From Escherichia coli (GTDB lineage: Bacteria > Pseudomonadota > Gammaproteobacteria > Enterobacterales > Enterobacteriaceae), in the NCBI RefSeq assembly GCF_022493195.1, contig NZ_CP028739.1: 32,000 nucleotides of DNA; one strand, written 5' to 3'. The position numbers were made by a program, and so were the translations under genes. The notes below the pieces were generated by a model. The model did not search any database. It was not told where the DNA came from and saw nothing but the letters and a program-made list of their open reading frames with translations. This document shows, piece by piece, positions 28,934-32,000 of this stretch. How positions within the stretch are numbered: position 1 is the first letter of the stretch; every line of letters starts with the position of its first letter.

Positions 28934-30595
28934 TTAACCGATACTCCAGAAAAGCACCGCCAGTAATTGGGGTGTGATAATGCGCAGGAACATCACTAAC
29001 GGATAGACAGTGGCGTAAGAGAGCGCCGCCGCACCGCTGGTTGGATGAAGATTATTAGCAAACGCCAGCGCCGGAGGATCGGTCATGGAACCTGCCAGCA
29101 TCCCGCACATGGTCAGGTAATTCATTTTGGCTAACATCCGCGCCAGAATGCCAACAGTAATCAGCGGAACGGCGGTGATCAGGGCACCATAACCAATCCA
29201 GCTTAGCCCTTCGCCATCCACCAGTGTATGGATAAAATCGCCGCCGGATTTCAGGCCAACCACCGAGAGAAAGAGCACAATGCCTAACTCGCGTAGCGCC
29301 AGGTTAGCGCTTGGTGGCATAAACCAGTACAGCTTGCCGATACTGCCGATACGCCCGAGGATCAACGCCATAATCAGCGGACCGCCCGCCAGCCCGAGTT
29401 TCAACGCCGCCGGGAACCCAGGCACAAAGACGGGAATAGAACCTAACAATACGCCAAGCCCGATACCAATAAACACTGGCAGCATCTGAACCTGTTGCAG
29501 TTTTTGCTGCGCATTCCCCAGCACATTGGCAACGGCATCAATTGCGGACGGACGCCCCACCAGGTTGAGGATATCGCCGAACTGCAGGCTGATATCGCTA
29601 CTTGCAACTAATTCAACACCAGCACGGTTCAGGCGCGAGATAACAACGTCATAGCGTTCTTTAAAGTGCAGGTCGCGAATACGTTTACCGAGCACGTTTT
29701 CATTGGTGACCACCACACGCGCGACGCGCAAATCAGTGCCTTTCGTAGACAGCGAGGTATCGACCTCCTGACCAATCACCAGTTGCGCATTATGTAAATC
29801 CGCAGGCTGCCCCACCAGATGCAGCAAATCGCCCAGTTGAATAACGGTTTCTGGCGAAGGCACTTTTAGGGTTTCTTCTCGTTTCAATCGTGAGCAAATA
29901 ACTTTATCGCCATTGAGAATCGGCACATCTTTAATGGCTAAATTATGCAAATTAGGATTCTCAACTCGGATGTTAATCGTCCTGATTAGCGCACCGCCGT
30001 TGGTTCGCGTGGACTCGTGCTGCTGGGCCTCAGTCTCAACATTGACGCGGAAAATAACCCGCAGCATCCACATAGTGAACAAAATGCCGCAAATCCCAAA
30101 TGGATACGCCATCGCATAGCTCATCCCCATTTGATCGACCATCGCCATCGGTGTCCCCAGGTCGCGCAAGATCTGCTGCCCTGCCCCCAGCGCTGGCGTA
30201 TTGGTGACCGCGCCGGAAAAAATCCCCAGCACTACCGGCAGTGGAATATCAAACAGTTTATGCAGGATGGCGGTAACCAGACCACCGATGATGACGATCA
30301 GAACAGCAAACAGGTTGAGGCGTAATCCGGAGACGCGCAATGAGGCAAAGAAGCCCGGCCCTACCTGAATCCCGATGGTATAAACGAACAGGATCAGGCC
30401 AAACTCCTGAATAACATGCAGCATATCGCTACTTAATGTCATCCCCGCCTGAGAAACAAAATGGCCGACGATGATCCCACCGAACAGCACGCCGCCAATG
30501 CCCAATCCAACACCGCGAAACTTGACGTTGCCGATAAACAACCCGACGACCGCCACCAAAGCCAGAATACTGACCGTTAATGCTATATCACTCAT
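28934..30595 (-). CDS. yidE: AspT/YidE-family transporter with two TrkA-C domains (553 aa)
   Basis: Start [32 protein letters not shown]... Confidence 0.94.
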
Positions 30596-30749
30596 CGTCC
30601 ATTTCTCTTGAAATAACATTTTAATTGCTACGGATTATGGCTGAATCGGTGAAGCAGATTTGCCTTATAGCGCACATTATCACGGGAAAGAACGTGCCGA
30701 AATATCTTAAACAGGCGAAATTTAACGCATTGCTGAAGAAAAAAGACAA

Positions 30750-30776
30750 AAAAAAGCCCCACCAGAATGGCGGGGC
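30750..30776 (-). terminator. ibpAB operon rho-independent terminator
   Basis: Minus strand gccccgccattctggtggggcttttttt directly after ibpB. Confidence 0.88.
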
Positions 30777-30791
30777 AAAGAGAATAGCTAG

Positions 30792-31220
30792 TTAGCTATT
30801 TAACGCGGGACGTTCGCTGATAGCGATACGCTGCGCTGCGATGGGTTCAGGCTCATTACGAATTAAATCAATATGCAGTAAACCGTTTACGAAGGTTGCG
30901 CCAGAGACTTCCATATTTTCAGCCAGCGTAAAGCTCAGGCTAAAAGGCTGATTCATAAGCCCTTGATGCAGCCATTTTTTCTCTTCTTTTGGCTGCTCTG
31001 GCGTGCCTTTTACGCTCAGGCGCGTACCTTCCAGTTGAATCTCTAAATCTTCCTGACGGAAACCTGCCAGCGCAAGGGTAATGCGGTAGTGGTTATCGTC
31101 GCTTTTCTCAATATTGTACGGCGGGAAGCTCTGGCTTTCACCGGCGTTTTGCAGTGCGTTGGCCAGTTTGTCAAAACCGATCCATTGACGCATCAGTGGG
31201 GATAAATCGAAGTTACGCAT
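30792..31220 (-). CDS. ibpB: Small heat shock protein IbpB (142 aa)
   Basis: [24 protein letters not shown]..., alpha-crystallin (Hsp20) domain. Confidence 0.97.
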
Positions 31221-31331
31221 AGTCATTTCTCCTTCTAAGAAGCGAGTAAGTACCTGCAAATCCGAAGATTCGCATATGCTCCCTGACGGCGAGCATGGAA
31301 ATGTCAGGCCGCGCCAGGCGGCCTTAGGGAA

Positions 31332-31745
31332 TTAGTTGATTTCGATACGGCGCGGTTTTTTCGCTTCCGGAATCACGCGTTCGAGATCGATATACAGCAG
31401 ACCATTCACCAGGTTAGCACCACGAACATGAATGTTCTCAGCTAACTGGAATTTACGTTCAAAGTTGCGTTCAGCGATGCCCTGGTACAGATAGGTGCGC
31501 TCTTTTTGTTCGTCGGCGTGAGCACCTTTCACCACCAGCAGATTATCCTGGGCGGTAATTTCCAGTTCGCTCTCAGCAAAACCAGCCACAGCGATAGCAA
31601 TGCGGTAATGGTTTTCGTCTACCAGTTCAACGTTATACGGAGGGTAGCCGCCATTACTCTGGCTCTGGTTGTTTTCTAAGTGGTTAAACAAACGGTCAAA
31701 TCCAATAGCAGAACGGTAAAGCGGGGATAAATCAAAGTTACGCAT
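31332..31745 (-). CDS. ibpA: Small heat shock protein IbpA (137 aa)
   Basis: [29 protein letters not shown]...IEIN. Confidence 0.97.
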
Positions 31746-31840
31746 AATCAATAGCTCCTGAAATCAGCGAGAATCTAAGACCTTCCACAATGGACAGGTC
31801 AGGTAGCCAGAACACCCATCAGGCGCGTCCTCATCGGCTA
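31746..31840 (-). promoter_or_regulatory. ibpA 5' UTR, probable ROSE-type RNA thermometer
   Basis: Leader between the sigma-32 promoter and ibpA with the SD region (aggagct on the minus strand) immediately before the start. The thermometer role follows from established knowledge of ibpA. Confidence 0.7.
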
Positions 31841-31847
31841 CGATGTA

Positions 31848-31876
31848 AAAATGGGTCTGGAAATGAACTTTTCAAG
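31848..31876 (-). promoter_or_regulatory. Sigma-32 promoter of ibpAB
   Basis: Minus strand cttgaaaagttcatttccagacccatttt: CTTGAAA-N14-CCCATTT. Confidence 0.85.
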
Positions 31877-32000
31877 CCTTATCAGCGGACTTTTTTTTGC
31901 AGTTTATGGTCTATTGCATAGACTGAGGGGGCAGCACGAAACGTTAAAGTGCGATAGCCGCCACAGTGCGACGTAATGATGATGTTATTTTCAGCAAGGG

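Noticed and set aside
1-32000. CRISPR array, restriction-modification, retron, toxin-antitoxin or phage module
   Set aside because: No regularly spaced repeats, cas, methylase, reverse transcriptase, integrase or transposase reading frame was recognised in the window.

Overview
This 32 kb window is an Escherichia-type chromosomal segment. In order it carries: yicI (partial)-yicJ-selC-[rhuM accessory segment]-yicL-nlpA-yicS-nepI-yicN-adeQ/ade-uhpT-uhpC-uhpB-uhpA-[orphan membrane-protein gene flanked by ERIC elements]-ilvN-ilvB-ivbL-emrD-yidF-yidG-yidH-yidJ-yidK-yidL-yidE-ibpB-ibpA. Most of it is ordinary core backbone. There are two accessory pockets. (1) Between selC and yicL, where setC sits in the K-12 layout as I recall it, there is an intact RhuM-family gene starting 52 nt after the tRNA-Sec 3' end. 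It is followed by a degenerate copy of the selC 3' end/flank, a degraded second rhuM fragment, and an AT-rich ORF of unknown family. (2) Between uhpA and ilvN there is an AT-rich two-TM protein gene. It is bracketed by inverted ERIC-derived sequences and its stop codon lies inside an ERIC-terminus-like sequence. I see no convincing complete new multi-gene system. The best candidates for follow-up are the selC/rhuM module and the ERIC-bracketed orphan gene. All family assignments come from recall of protein sequences, and no searches were run.
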